DNA of 60,231 nucleotides, filler included. It is 7 parts of 7 records of this genome, joined end to end, with 100 filler letters (N's around TTAATTAATTAA, not from the genome) between each part and the next. Parts side by side here need not be neighbours in the genome. Positions count along the whole stretch, not along the records: positions 1 to 9,543 come from SRR31156797_6387; 6 more parts are not named here. One strand, 5' to 3'. Within the stretch, counting starts at the first letter, position 1, and every line of letters begins with the position of its first letter. A program made the translations under genes and the position numbers. Below the pieces are notes generated by a model, which made no database searches, was not told the origin of the DNA, and was given only the letters and a program-made list of their open reading frames with translations. Shown here piece by piece: positions 1 through 9,643 of the stretch.

Positions 1-168
1 ACCAAATTGACCACAAAATGCCGCATATAAGCTTACTCTTTTTCGATTTCTCTTCGTTGAAAATTTTAAACGTAGTTATGGCTATGCTATAATTTTTTGC
101 CATGATAAATCAAAAAACAATTGTTGCATCCAATGCAACATTTTATAATCAAATTGGAATTAGACAGA

Positions 169-501
169 CTATAGCTCATCTCCACATTGCCAAACCACAA
201 CAGGACGGTATTTATTCTGATCAAAATCGGCATGATCAACATCTCCATCCCAGGTAATTAAGGTCCCTTCAGCATTATAAACATGGCAATCTAAACACGA
301 CCAATGCAAACAATAGATAATGTAATAATATTTTTCATTGTAGGTCCAACGCTGAACTTTACAGCCCTCGCAAGTACCCAAATTTTTCAATTCCAACAAC
401 TCGGGAGTCATCCATACAGGTACAATAACAGGCTCTTGTTCCCGGTCCTCGCAGCCAAAAACACATATGGCCAAAAGACTTATGAGTATAAGTTTTTTCA
501 T
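169..501 (-). CDS. Small lipoprotein, unknown function, last gene of the pilus-like cluster
   Basis: Lipobox-type signal MKKLILISLLAICVFG-C; two CxxC motifs; starts 9 nt after the upstream stop. Confidence 0.7.
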   Translation of the reverse strand: MKKLILISLLAICVFGCEDREQEPVIVPVWMTPELLELKNLGTCEGCKVQRWTYNEKYYYIIYCLHWSCLDCHVYNAEGTLITWDGDVDHADFDQNKYRPVVVWQCGDEL

Positions 502-510
502 CCCATTAGG

Positions 511-1026
511 TTAATCATCATAAATAGTAAAAACAACATCCGTTTCAAAGTCCTGTGCTCCCATCGAGATAGACAAACCACTAATTCTAAACGCAATAGG
601 GATATTTGAGATAAAATCTCTTCCACGAAAAAAATACGCTGAATTATTGGTTACGGTCGTAAAAACAGTTCCATCGTGAATATTCGGTTTCTTTTTACCA
701 TTGTTCTTTTTCCCTTGTACGGTTCCGGTTCCGGTTCTTTTTACTTCCAAAACAAGATTGTTGTTCCAGCTCACATCTACCTTATTAACTTCAATTCGCC
801 ATTTCCTGTTTGGGTGTATTCTTCTGTCCCAGTAGTTTCCAGAACTTATGGAAACAAAGGTTGTGGCTTCACTTAATATGTTAGGAGAAAAATCTTCTCC
901 GGCTTCAGTAATTATAAATGATGAATTATTAAAAATTACAGATCCCTGAACATCGATTTGCATACCCTGAGCAAGCGAAAAATAACTCAAAAACACCAAA
1001 ATTATTATTATTGAAAAGTGTCTCAT
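511..1026 (-). CDS. Secreted pilin-like subunit (divergent minor/tip subunit)
   Basis: Signal peptide; TEAGED motif and C-terminal strand DVVFTIYDD match the paralogs upstream. Confidence 0.6.
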   Translation of the reverse strand: MRHFSIIIILVFLSYFSLAQGMQIDVQGSVIFNNSSFIITEAGEDFSPNILSEATTFVSISSGNYWDRRIHPNRKWRIEVNKVDVSWNNNLVLEVKRTGTGTVQGKKNNGKKKPNIHDGTVFTTVTNNSAYFFRGRDFISNIPIAFRISGLSISMGAQDFETDVVFTIYDD

Positions 1027-1028
1027 TT

Positions 1029-1595
1029 TTAATTATCACTAATTGTGTACAAAATAGTTAACTGCATTTCTCCAACTGCTCTTAATTTTGAGAAGTCTCC
1101 TAAATCCAGAGAAAAAGATAATGCATGCCCGTTGTTAATCCCATTGCCCGTAAAGCTATTCCCAATATCAAATATAATTGTTTTCGGAACTCTATCGAGT
1201 TGCACTTTTCCCTGCGATTGCCCGTGTGCTCCTAATCCGATCCCCGAAAAGACAGAAGCCTCAACACTTAGGGTAATCCCATCGGGCAAATTACCACCTG
1301 CTATCTCTGCCGCAATACTACGGGAACTTTGCCCATAAGGAAGTGCCGAGCTATAATTTATCCATAAAGTTTGAGATGAAGCTTCCTGCACCCCAGGCTC
1401 TTCCCCTGATTCTGTTGTAGGATCAAACTGAAAATTGATACTGTTATTCCCGTCAGGTTCAATATCAATTAATGCTATGGAAGGAATCCTAAGTGTAACA
1501 TCAGCATAATCGTTCTGAAACTGGGCATTTGAACGCATCCCCAAGATTACAAACATTAAAAAAATTGATACTTTTAACTGCTGACTATACTTCAT
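1029..1595 (-). CDS. Secreted pilin-like subunit
   Basis: Signal peptide; IPSIALIDIE, LWINYSS, IGNSFTG and LTILYTISDN motifs shared with 5725, 6511 and 7224 ORFs. Confidence 0.7.
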   Translation of the reverse strand: MKYSQQLKVSIFLMFVILGMRSNAQFQNDYADVTLRIPSIALIDIEPDGNNSINFQFDPTTESGEEPGVQEASSQTLWINYSSALPYGQSSRSIAAEIAGGNLPDGITLSVEASVFSGIGLGAHGQSQGKVQLDRVPKTIIFDIGNSFTGNGINNGHALSFSLDLGDFSKLRAVGEMQLTILYTISDN

Positions 1596-1602
1596 AAAAT
1601 TC

Positions 1603-4600
1603 TTATTGTACAGGTTTTATTTTGCCATTCTCGAAAATAACTACAAATGGATTCCGGTAATAGCGGCTTAATTGGGTACGTAATTTTCTGGCATCCTCAA
1701 TATTCTTAAACTTTCCAATAAAATATTTATTCAAGTTATTAGAATATCTTTCAAATTCAAACGGATAATCGCTAAAATACCTCGATTCGTTGGTCTTTTT
1801 TAGTCTGAATGCCCCGACCTGAACTGAATAAAATACTTCTTCCACACGATATTCAGTGGATTTTGTTTTCGGAATATAAGTATCGTACGACTTAACAATA
1901 AAGGGATTACGATAATTTTTACGCACTACCTTTAAATAGTCCTGGGCCTGGGCTAGTGTTTCAAATCGACCAATAAAGTATTTATAATAACCATCTTTAT
2001 AAGTCTCTTTATCAAACGGATATTTTTCAAAAAACCTTGATTCTTTGCTCTTCTTTCTTTTGAACGCACCTACCTGAATTGTATAATACAAGGCTCCACC
2101 TATTACCTCTTCAGACTTTTCATTTTCATCCTCCTCTGATACAATATTACTATTGGTCTTAGGAGTTAAAACAAAATTATTGGAACTAAAAATTATATTT
2201 CTTTTTTTCTTAATTAATTCAATTTCTAACTCTTTCTGTTCACCCGGCCCCAAATTAACACTATACTCCTTCAGCTTAACCGAAAATCCTTCAGGGATTG
2301 AATTCGGATAAATTTTAAAACGATACTTCCCGGGGCGTACTAAAGGAAAAGAAAAGTTTCCTTTGCTATCTGAAGCAATCCTAAATTGATCAAATTCATT
2401 TTTTAACTCAATAACGATATTGCTAGCATTTGCCGGATCGGCATCATTGGAAATTTTAAATCTTCCGGCCAAACGGGCACCTTTTGTGATATTAACATGT
2501 AGGGAAGTTTCCTGGTTGCCTATAATCTCAATCTGAGCTGGCAAAGGAATACTGCTTACTTCATCAATTTCGAACTTGTCGCGGTTAACAAATAACAAAT
2601 GTGTTCCGGGTTGAAGATCGGTAAAAGCAAACTCGCCGTTTTTATTTGTTATTGCCTTTCTGTTAAGAATATTAAGAATAACATTTTCGGCCGGTCGCCC
2701 ATCTTCGTATGTTATAGTACCAACTAAATCACCAGCCTGAATAACCTGTTTTAGCGGAATACCTATATTACAGGTATATGTTATTGAAGCAGATAAGTCA
2801 GGATCTTCTGTCTCTTGTTTAAATAAGGTATAAAAACTTCTCAACGAGATTTTATGATTTTTAAGAAATGTATAATCCAAACTTGTCTGCATCAGGTTCC
2901 TGTTCTGATAATAATCTTCTATGTTGTATGCATTCTGAAAATAGAACATGGCCTGAAAATTTTTCGAAAATATTGTACTTGCAGAAATCCCCCATGTTAG
3001 GTTTCGCTGATCATCAGTAATAAAACTATTAACATTCGACCAACTCCCAAAAAATTGCACAGAGTGTTTTCCTTTGTAGTGATAACCAAAATTACCCGAC
3101 ACCCTATATGTATTTTGCTGGTTTTCGATTTCACTCGACTGATAATCTGTAGTTTTACCGTATTCACCAAACAAACTATAATCGTACGATTTAAACTTGT
3201 GTGTAAACTGCGAGTTTAACGACTGGGTTTCGTAATGAAACTTTTCCGTACTTAAACGATCTTTACGTTCATATTTTCTCCAAAAGATTTTAAAATTCGC
3301 CTTACGAGCCAAACTATAATTCAGAATAGCCTGGTAGGATTTTGAATAAGGTGCTGTTACAAAAAAGGTATCCAATTGCGCGTTCTGAAAATCTTCTTTC
3401 GCGTAAAATCCAACGTTCATTTTTTTTGATAACCGGGCAGATATATTCGCAGAATAAAATTTTGAATTGCTGTAGTAGCCCGGATACTTTTCTCCTGTTA
3501 AAGAATAGTTACCTGCCAACTGAAAAATAGAGAATTGTGTATTCAAGTTCACCCTGTATGCCTTATCCCAATACCCATCGATGTGGCCACCGGAAACTTC
3601 AAATCCCACAGAAGTACTTTCAAAAGGAATTAAGTTCCCACTTAAACTCAAAAGGTGAATATAGTTGTCAGATTGGTTGGAATTTTTTGCAATATAAAAT
3701 AAATCAAGCCAGTTATCTTTGGTAAACTCAAAACCGGTATAGCCGGCAAATTCATTCTTAATTTCTTCATAAAAACGAGGCTGCACATAAATTGCTCCAA
3801 ATTTGAGTCCACTATTGGTTTTAATCCTTGTTTCTGCTCCCATACCGAAACGCGACATTTCAGTAAGTTCGGTAAACTGATAGGTTTGTTCACCAAAAGT
3901 CGCGTACAGATTGTTGTTTTGGTAAGTAATGTAATATTGATCGTATAATCCCATAAAACCCATATCCTGATTATCAGGAACTCGCGCCAAAATTTCCAGG
4001 AAATGTTTATTATCGACATCAAGATACCCACTTCCAAAAACTTCAAATTGGTAACCCGACACAGGCTCACCGGTAGTATTTGTATAAATGTACGTAGCTG
4101 AAGACTTAAGCGGGTACCTGAAAAACAGATCCTTTTTATGCTTTTCCTGGGGAAAAACGATAAATGAGTGATGAATGTTTTCATATACCTTTTCGCCCAC
4201 CACGGCTCGTACACTTAAGTATGTATTATTGGTTTCTTTAATCTCAATATTGGTTTTTGATAGTGCTGTAACTTCAACAGATTGTCCGGGTTTCACTTCC
4301 ACCTCTTCCCCCCCAACAACTTCGCAATTAACGGTCTCCAGGTATACCTTTTTAGTTGTGTTACCATTGTTTTGCACCAAAAATAAAGCTTTTACATCTT
4401 CTCCGGCAATAACATGTTTTCGGGACTGTACCATCAACATTGAAATATCTTCAAGTTCCTTTATTTGTATGATAGTTGACAATGTTCCTATCTTGTCTTT
4501 TGTATCACTTTTCCAAATATCGGCTATTATCTGAAAATCACCTACAACAGCTTTTCCTGACGACTGAATAGAGAAAAAGAGCATCTTCTTCTCTCCTGCT

Positions 4601-4845
4601 TTTAAAGATTCTTTTCGCTTATTTATAATTGCTTTCCACCCCAGCGGAACTTGTAAAACAATATCAACTTCAAAACTATTTTCAGAGGTATTTTCAATTG
4701 AAACAGGCAGATTAACCACCTCTCCGGGAAAAATTCTGATATTCTGTTTTAGAAAGCCTGCTTTTAGACCACCAGTATTCTGCCCATAAACTTTACCAAA
4801 AATTATGGATATAAATAAACCAATAAATAACAGGTTTTTAAGCAT
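1603..4845 (-). CDS. Large outer-membrane usher-like protein: N-terminal Ig-like domains, beta-barrel-like core, CnaB/carboxypeptidase-like domains, two C-terminal SPOR domains
   Basis: 1080 aa with signal peptide; aromatic-rich alternating strands; YYTIQVGAF and FYSVQVGAF SPOR signatures, each with YFIGxF and NPFxV. Confidence 0.65.
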   Translation of the reverse strand: MLKNLLFIGLFISIIFGKVYGQNTGGLKAGFLKQNIRIFPGEVVNLPVSIENTSENSFEVDIVLQVPLGWKAIINKRKESLKAGEKKMLFFSIQSSGKAVVGDFQIIADIWKSDTKDKIGTLSTIIQIKELEDISMLMVQSRKHVIAGEDVKALFLVQNNGNTTKKVYLETVNCEVVGGEEVEVKPGQSVEVTALSKTNIEIKETNNTYLSVRAVVGEKVYENIHHSFIVFPQEKHKKDLFFRYPLKSSATYIYTNTTGEPVSGYQFEVFGSGYLDVDNKHFLEILARVPDNQDMGFMGLYDQYYITYQNNNLYATFGEQTYQFTELTEMSRFGMGAETRIKTNSGLKFGAIYVQPRFYEEIKNEFAGYTGFEFTKDNWLDLFYIAKNSNQSDNYIHLLSLSGNLIPFESTSVGFEVSGGHIDGYWDKAYRVNLNTQFSIFQLAGNYSLTGEKYPGYYSNSKFYSANISARLSKKMNVGFYAKEDFQNAQLDTFFVTAPYSKSYQAILNYSLARKANFKIFWRKYERKDRLSTEKFHYETQSLNSQFTHKFKSYDYSLFGEYGKTTDYQSSEIENQQNTYRVSGNFGYHYKGKHSVQFFGSWSNVNSFITDDQRNLTWGISASTIFSKNFQAMFYFQNAYNIEDYYQNRNLMQTSLDYTFLKNHKISLRSFYTLFKQETEDPDLSASITYTCNIGIPLKQVIQAGDLVGTITYEDGRPAENVILNILNRKAITNKNGEFAFTDLQPGTHLLFVNRDKFEIDEVSSIPLPAQIEIIGNQETSLHVNITKGARLAGRFKISNDADPANASNIVIELKNEFDQFRIASDSKGNFSFPLVRPGKYRFKIYPNSIPEGFSVKLKEYSVNLGPGEQKELEIELIKKKRNIIFSSNNFVLTPKTNSNIVSEEDENEKSEEVIGGALYYTIQVGAFKRKKSKESRFFEKYPFDKETYKDGYYKYFIGRFETLAQAQDYLKVVRKNYRNPFIVKSYDTYIPKTKSTEYRVEEVFYSVQVGAFRLKKTNESRYFSDYPFEFERYSNNLNKYFIGKFKNIEDARKLRTQLSRYYRNPFVVIFENGKIKPVQ

Positions 4846-5648
4846 TAGCTAAGCTCAAATGACACATTGGTCCCAAAAATATTATCGCCACCACAATCGG
4901 CAACCAAAACCCCGGAATAAGTTCCTGGCTTAATCCCTTCCAGTCTTATATTTACAAGTATTGATGTTCCGGGTAGAGTTTTCCTGGGGTCTGCAACTAA
5001 AGTACCAACAGAGTTCCCATTACCGTCAAAAAGCTCAATTGACATAGCAGGTTTTAGAAGGCGTTCTCCAACATTTTCAAGAATCACCTGCACAACCGAT
5101 GTCTCTGCATCTCTTGCCAACTGAAGTCCCAGAAAATTCAAATTACTTACTCCTGTATTTTCAATATTTGAAATGACCTGTATAGCATAACGCAAAGCGG
5201 TGTTAATAGACACTCCTGCTCTCTGGGTAGTGTCGGGGGGAACTACACCTTCAACCATTAGCACGCTCCAATACGTTCCGATAAGGACGTCCTTATCTGG
5301 AACTTTAATTTCTACATTTATGGTTGTTTTTTCATTAGGAGCCAGGTTAATCAGGTCAGAAGGAAATGAAATCCAGTGAGCATTTGATCGATCTAATGTA
5401 CCTGGTTCATCATGTCGCGATTCTCCTTTATAGTTATACCAGTAATCTTTTAAATAAATCCTAACCGACTTTTCAACATCAGTAACATTCTGAAGCTCTA
5501 TTTGCGTTCGATAAGTCTCTCCTTTTTGAATGGTATTTTCGTGTGTTAGGCCATTTAAAATTACAATGCTGGCCGACGAATTAAAAGTCGTAAAAAGAAT
5601 AATTACAATTAACACGAACAAAGCGTTGAATGGAATATTGCGTTTCAT
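4845..5648 (-). CDS. Periplasmic pilus chaperone-like protein (two Ig-like domains)
   Basis: Signal peptide, 267 aa; WISFPSDLINLAPNE, YWSVLMVEG and RYAIQV resemble PapD/EcpB/DUF916-like chaperones; stop overlaps next start. Confidence 0.6.
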   Translation of the reverse strand: MKRNIPFNALFVLIVIILFTTFNSSASIVILNGLTHENTIQKGETYRTQIELQNVTDVEKSVRIYLKDYWYNYKGESRHDEPGTLDRSNAHWISFPSDLINLAPNEKTTINVEIKVPDKDVLIGTYWSVLMVEGVVPPDTTQRAGVSINTALRYAIQVISNIENTGVSNLNFLGLQLARDAETSVVQVILENVGERLLKPAMSIELFDGNGNSVGTLVADPRKTLPGTSILVNIRLEGIKPGTYSGVLVADCGGDNIFGTNVSFELS

Positions 5649-5724
5649 ATCTGATGATCATTTATTATGGAAATCCAGCCCATAAAATTATTAATCTTTT
5701 CAGATTTTACAAGATCACCCGGGC

Positions 5725-6291
5725 TTAATCGGTTAAAGTATATACAACATTAAAAGTAATTTCTTCTTCTTTCAGGTCAGCAAAGCTCAACACAGCCTCA
5801 TCCACCTCCAGGTTGTAAATCAAATTATGACCGTTGCTTACTCCAACTCCGGTGTAACAACTTCCAATCTCTGAAATAATCTCTGTTGCCTGGGTAGTAA
5901 GCAAGGTAGTTCCAACAGGTTCTCCCAATCTTCCTTTTCCCGATCCCTGAGCTGGCATGGCAGTAACAATCAGGTTTAATCCATCACGTACTTCACCTTC
6001 GATAAAAGCAGTAACTGTTCTTGTGTGCTGCTGGTAACGTTTGATGGATGAATAATTTAACCAGATTGAATTATTGGTTTGTTCTCCCTGAAAAACTAAA
6101 TTACTACCCGCTTCCTGGTTCGAGAAGGGCTTAAAATTGATACTGTTGGGATTGTCACTTGATAAAGACAACACTGCAATTTCCTTAATTTCTATAATCA
6201 CCTGGTGACTTGCAGTATTATTTTGAGAATAAACCACTCTTGAACAAACAAGAAATATTAGTATTAATCCTATTTTTATTCGGTGGTGCAT
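5725..6291 (-). CDS. Secreted pilin-like subunit
   Basis: Signal peptide; IWLNYSS, IGSCYTG, NVVYTLTD motifs. Confidence 0.7.
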   Translation of the reverse strand: MHHRIKIGLILIFLVCSRVVYSQNNTASHQVIIEIKEIAVLSLSSDNPNSINFKPFSNQEAGSNLVFQGEQTNNSIWLNYSSIKRYQQHTRTVTAFIEGEVRDGLNLIVTAMPAQGSGKGRLGEPVGTTLLTTQATEIISEIGSCYTGVGVSNGHNLIYNLEVDEAVLSFADLKEEEITFNVVYTLTD

Positions 6292-6510
6292 CCTCTACAA
6301 GTTATGAATATTAAGTTTAAAACAAAACTATTTGATAATGAGGATGTATTCAAAGTCCAAGTGCTGAACATAAGCTTTTAGAATACTGATTTTTATTCAG
6401 CAAATTTCACCATATGTGGTAATTTTAGATGAAAACATTTGAAGGTAATTGATTTGAAGAATATCCTTTTTTACAGAAATGCCCCTTTCCTTGTCCAAGA
6501 ATTAATATCA

Positions 6511-7068
6511 CTACCGATCAAACAGAGTATAGGTAATCGTTACAGAAGCACTGAACTCTGATAACCGATCAAAACGCCGCTCGTTGAACGTAAGATAATA
6601 GGTTAATTGGCTTCCTTCACCTACACCATTATTTGTATAGCAGCTTTCAATTCTATTGATTACATTTCGCGGAGTGGTTCGAAGCCGTAGGGGACGGTTT
6701 CGTGCATCACCAACATTCCCTTCCCCTGTTGGCTCAGCAACTGTTAACCATAACCTTAGTCCCTGAGGTAAAGCAGTATTATCCATTTGTACTGAAATAC
6801 TCCTTCTATTTACAGAGCCAGGTAAAATTGATGTATAGTTTAACCATAAACTATTGTCACTAGCCCCTGAAAAGTCAAGAGGATCTCCAGCCTCGCCACT
6901 AAACGACGGTGATAATGTTATTGAGTTCCCACCTGGACCTTCAACATCCAGGATAGCCACTTCCGGGATCGAGATATTTGCACTATGCGATAGATTGCTT
7001 ATATCCTGAGCAAAAGAAAGCCTTACAATAATCTGAACTAAGAATAATATTGTAATTAATTTTTTCAC
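6511..7068 (-). CDS. Secreted pilin-like subunit
   Basis: GTG start; IPEVAILDVE, LWLNYTS, ESCYT, VTITYTLFDR motifs. Confidence 0.7.
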   Translation of the reverse strand: MKKLITILFLVQIIVRLSFAQDISNLSHSANISIPEVAILDVEGPGGNSITLSPSFSGEAGDPLDFSGASDNSLWLNYTSILPGSVNRRSISVQMDNTALPQGLRLWLTVAEPTGEGNVGDARNRPLRLRTTPRNVINRIESCYTNNGVGEGSQLTYYLTFNERRFDRLSEFSASVTITYTLFDR

Positions 7069-7149
7069 TATTTGTGTTTAAATTAAACACCTTATAAATT
7101 TATACAAAACAAATACTTATGCTCGCAGAAGATGAATAATGGTTAATAC

Positions 7150-7194
7150 AAAAAAAACAAAGAAAAGCAGACTACCTTACAGGGTAGTCATGCT
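7150..7194 (-). terminator. Intrinsic terminator/attenuator after the first pilin gene
   Basis: Stem GACTACC/GGTAGTC extended by AGCA/TGCT, followed on the minus strand by a T-rich tract. Confidence 0.65.
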
Positions 7195-7223
7195 AAGTAT
7201 CTTTCGAATCAAGTAACTGATTT

Positions 7224-7784
7224 CTAGTTATCAGAAATTGTATAAGTAATTGTAAGATCTGTACTGGTTTCGGTTAGGTTGGCAAATGAACCAGAAGTTT
7301 CAGATAATGAATAGGTTAAATTACTTCCTTCACCATGTCCATCATTTGTATAACAACTTCCTATACTGGAAATAACCGTTTGACTTGTTGTCGATGATAA
7401 GGTAATTGCAGAGCCGGCAGAACCCAATGTTCCAACACCAGTTGGCCCAGCAGCAAGAAGATTTACCTCCAAACCTGTTGGAACAGTTCCGGTTGTAATT
7501 TGTACAGATATCGTACGACTTGCATCAGAAGCTGAAGTTACAGATGTGTAATTCAACCATAGATCGCTGTTTGTAGCTCCGGTATAATTTAAACCTTCAC
7601 CTGCCTCAGTTGGAGCAGTTGCAGTCAAACTAATATTTTCACCTGTCGCAGGTCCCTCAATATCTACTATAGCGACCTCAGGAATACCAACAGTTACAGT
7701 ATGAGTAGCCACTTCTGAATCCTGTGCGTTAGTTACTCCAAAAACTAATAAACTAATTGCTAATAATAATAATAACTTTTTCAT
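7224..7784 (-). CDS. Probable major pilin-like subunit
   Basis: First gene of the cluster; Ser/Thr/Gly-rich; IPEVAIVDIE, LWLNYTS, IGSCYT, LTITYTISDN motifs. Confidence 0.7.
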   Translation of the reverse strand: MKKLLLLLAISLLVFGVTNAQDSEVATHTVTVGIPEVAIVDIEGPATGENISLTATAPTEAGEGLNYTGATNSDLWLNYTSVTSASDASRTISVQITTGTVPTGLEVNLLAAGPTGVGTLGSAGSAITLSSTTSQTVISSIGSCYTNDGHGEGSNLTYSLSETSGSFANLTETSTDLTITYTISDN

Positions 7785-7870
7785 GATGTTTGTGTTTTAT
7801 AAATGTTTGTAAATAAATAATTCTTCAAAAAGCTGTTGTATCCTCTTAGGGATGGATACACTCTATGTTT

Positions 7871-7887
7871 AGCAAGTCGCATGCCAA
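7871..7887 (-). promoter_or_regulatory. sigma54 (RpoN) -24/-12 promoter
   Basis: Minus strand TTGGCATGCGACTTGCT, exact GG-N10-GC spacing, about 87 nt upstream of the start codon. Confidence 0.7.
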
Positions 7888-7942
7888 ACGACTTATCTTT
7901 CTCACATTCAACACATAACAACTTTTTCAACATTTCAACACC

Positions 7943-7979
7943 TGCACCATTTCGGGACACAACTACCCGAATACGGACA
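7943..7979. promoter_or_regulatory. Putative tandem enhancer (UAS) sites for a sigma54 activator
   Basis: Imperfect palindromes TGCACCATTTCGGGACA and TACCCGAATACGGACA about two helical turns apart, upstream of the sigma54 site. Confidence 0.45.
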
Positions 7980-8336
7980 CTTCCCCAAATTGAACCTGTT
8001 TTTTTCAGGCTTATTTGCACAATCTTCTTACAAGTTGGTATGTATATATATATCTTCATATTGAGCCAATATCTGCATTACATTAATTACACAGAATTAA
8101 CTGTTTGCACAATTCCTTTATGTCAAAAATAAATCCAGATAAATTTGCCTTGGTATTAAAGCTCGTTCATTCTTTAACATAAGGCCATGATAAAACAAAC
8201 GTCCATTTAATGTTTCATCTCCCAATTTTGAAGTCGGTTCAAAAATAGAATAAACATCCAATTTAACAATATTTACCAAACATGTTTTATAACACATTTT
8301 GCAAATTATTTATAAAAAGTTATTAAGAGTGCCGGA

Positions 8337-8912
8337 TTATCTTCCTGAGCTCATATAATTTGAGGCAAGTTCCAGCTCTTTGTACCACTCCTCCCCGTAT
8401 TTTCTAATCAGTGGTTCTTTTAAAAATTTAAACAATGGTAGTTTTTCTGAGTTGCCACATTCCCGACCAGGCTTACAGATGTCCAGTTCCTGGTAATTTA
8501 ACGCATCAAAGCGTTTGTACTCAGTTATCCGGATAGGAAAAAGATGACATGAAATAGGTTTGCGGAGTTTCGTTTTTCCACTAAAATATGCTTTCTCTAT
8601 GGCACATTTTAGTATTCCCTGATTGTTATAATATGAATACGCACATTGCCGGTTATTTATAAGCGGTGTCACTAAATCACCATCACTATCAATGAGCGAG
8701 TAACCTTGTTTTTCAACTTCTCTTTTGTGATTTTCAGGAAGCAGATTCTCAAATTCCGGGTATTCTTCTTCAATCAAGACGGCTTCTTCATCGGTGAGAG
8801 GTGCTCCTGAATCACCTTCAATACAACACGCTCCTTTACATTTTAGAATATCACAAAGAAAGTGTTTTTCAAAAACATCATCACTTATTAATGTTCTTCC
8901 GATTTCAACCAC
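8337..8912 (-). CDS. DUF3109 family Cys-rich protein
   Basis: FLCDILKCKGACCIEGDSGAPL, CAIEKAY and KPISCHLFPIR motifs typical of this Bacteroidota family. Confidence 0.85.
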   Translation of the reverse strand: MVEIGRTLISDDVFEKHFLCDILKCKGACCIEGDSGAPLTDEEAVLIEEEYPEFENLLPENHKREVEKQGYSLIDSDGDLVTPLINNRQCAYSYYNNQGILKCAIEKAYFSGKTKLRKPISCHLFPIRITEYKRFDALNYQELDICKPGRECGNSEKLPLFKFLKEPLIRKYGEEWYKELELASNYMSSGR

Positions 8913-8928
8913 AGCGTAAAAACAAAAG

Positions 8929-8990
8929 TGTCATCTCTTACATAATGAGAGATCCGTTACAACAGATTCCTCATTATGTTCGGAATGACA
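8929..8990. repeat. Degenerate palindromic (REP/MITE-like) intergenic element
   Basis: TGTCAT..CATAATGAG..GATC and GATTCCTCATTATGTTCGGAATGACA arms are mutually complementary. Confidence 0.55.
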
Positions 8991-9005
8991 CATTACAATC
9001 AAAAA

Positions 9006-9543
9006 TTATTTAATCAAGTTCTTCCCTGTCATTTCGGAAGGAACTACTAATCCCATTACATTTAACAAGGTTGGCGCCACGTCGGCCAGAATACCGTTCT
9101 CCAGTTTTATACCTTCTTTCTCTGAAACGAAGATGCAAGGAACGGGATTTAATGAGTGAGCTGTATTTTCTGATCCATCCTCGTTAACTGCATTATCGGC
9201 GTTACCGTGATCAGCAATTATCATTACATCGTAACCTCCCTTTTGAGCTGCAGTAACCACTTTCTCCACACAGCTATCCACAGTCTGTACCGCCTTGTAC
9301 ACAGCATCATAAACCCCGGTATGACCTACCATATCGCCATTGGCAAAATTCAAACAAACAAAGTCTGCTTCACCTTTTTCCAATTTCGGGACAATCGCTT
9401 CAGTAACCTCAGGAGCTGACATTTCTGGTTGATGATCGTATGTGGGCACTTTAGGAGAAGGTATCAAAATACGACTTTCACCTTCAAATTCAGCTTCTTG
9501 TCCACCACTAAAGAAGAAAGTAACATGCGCATATTTTTCTGTT
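9006..9543 (-). CDS. gpmI: 2,3-bisphosphoglycerate-independent phosphoglycerate mutase, 3' part (contig edge)
   Basis: EKYAHVTFFF, PSPKVPTYD, NFANGDMVGHTG, ADHGNAD, TAHSLNPVP. Confidence 0.95.
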
Positions 9544-9643
9544 NNNNNNNNNNNNNNNNNNNNNNNNNNNNNNNNNNNNNNNNNNNNTTAATTAATTAAN
9601 NNNNNNNNNNNNNNNNNNNNNNNNNNNNNNNNNNNNNNNNNNN
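9544..9643. other. Artificial contig linker
   Basis: N-run + TTAATTAATTAA + N-run; composition and taxon change across it. Confidence 0.98.

Noticed and set aside
7781-8132. ORFs 7781-8059 and 7836-8132
   Set aside because: No protein features, and they overlap the sigma54 promoter and enhancer region
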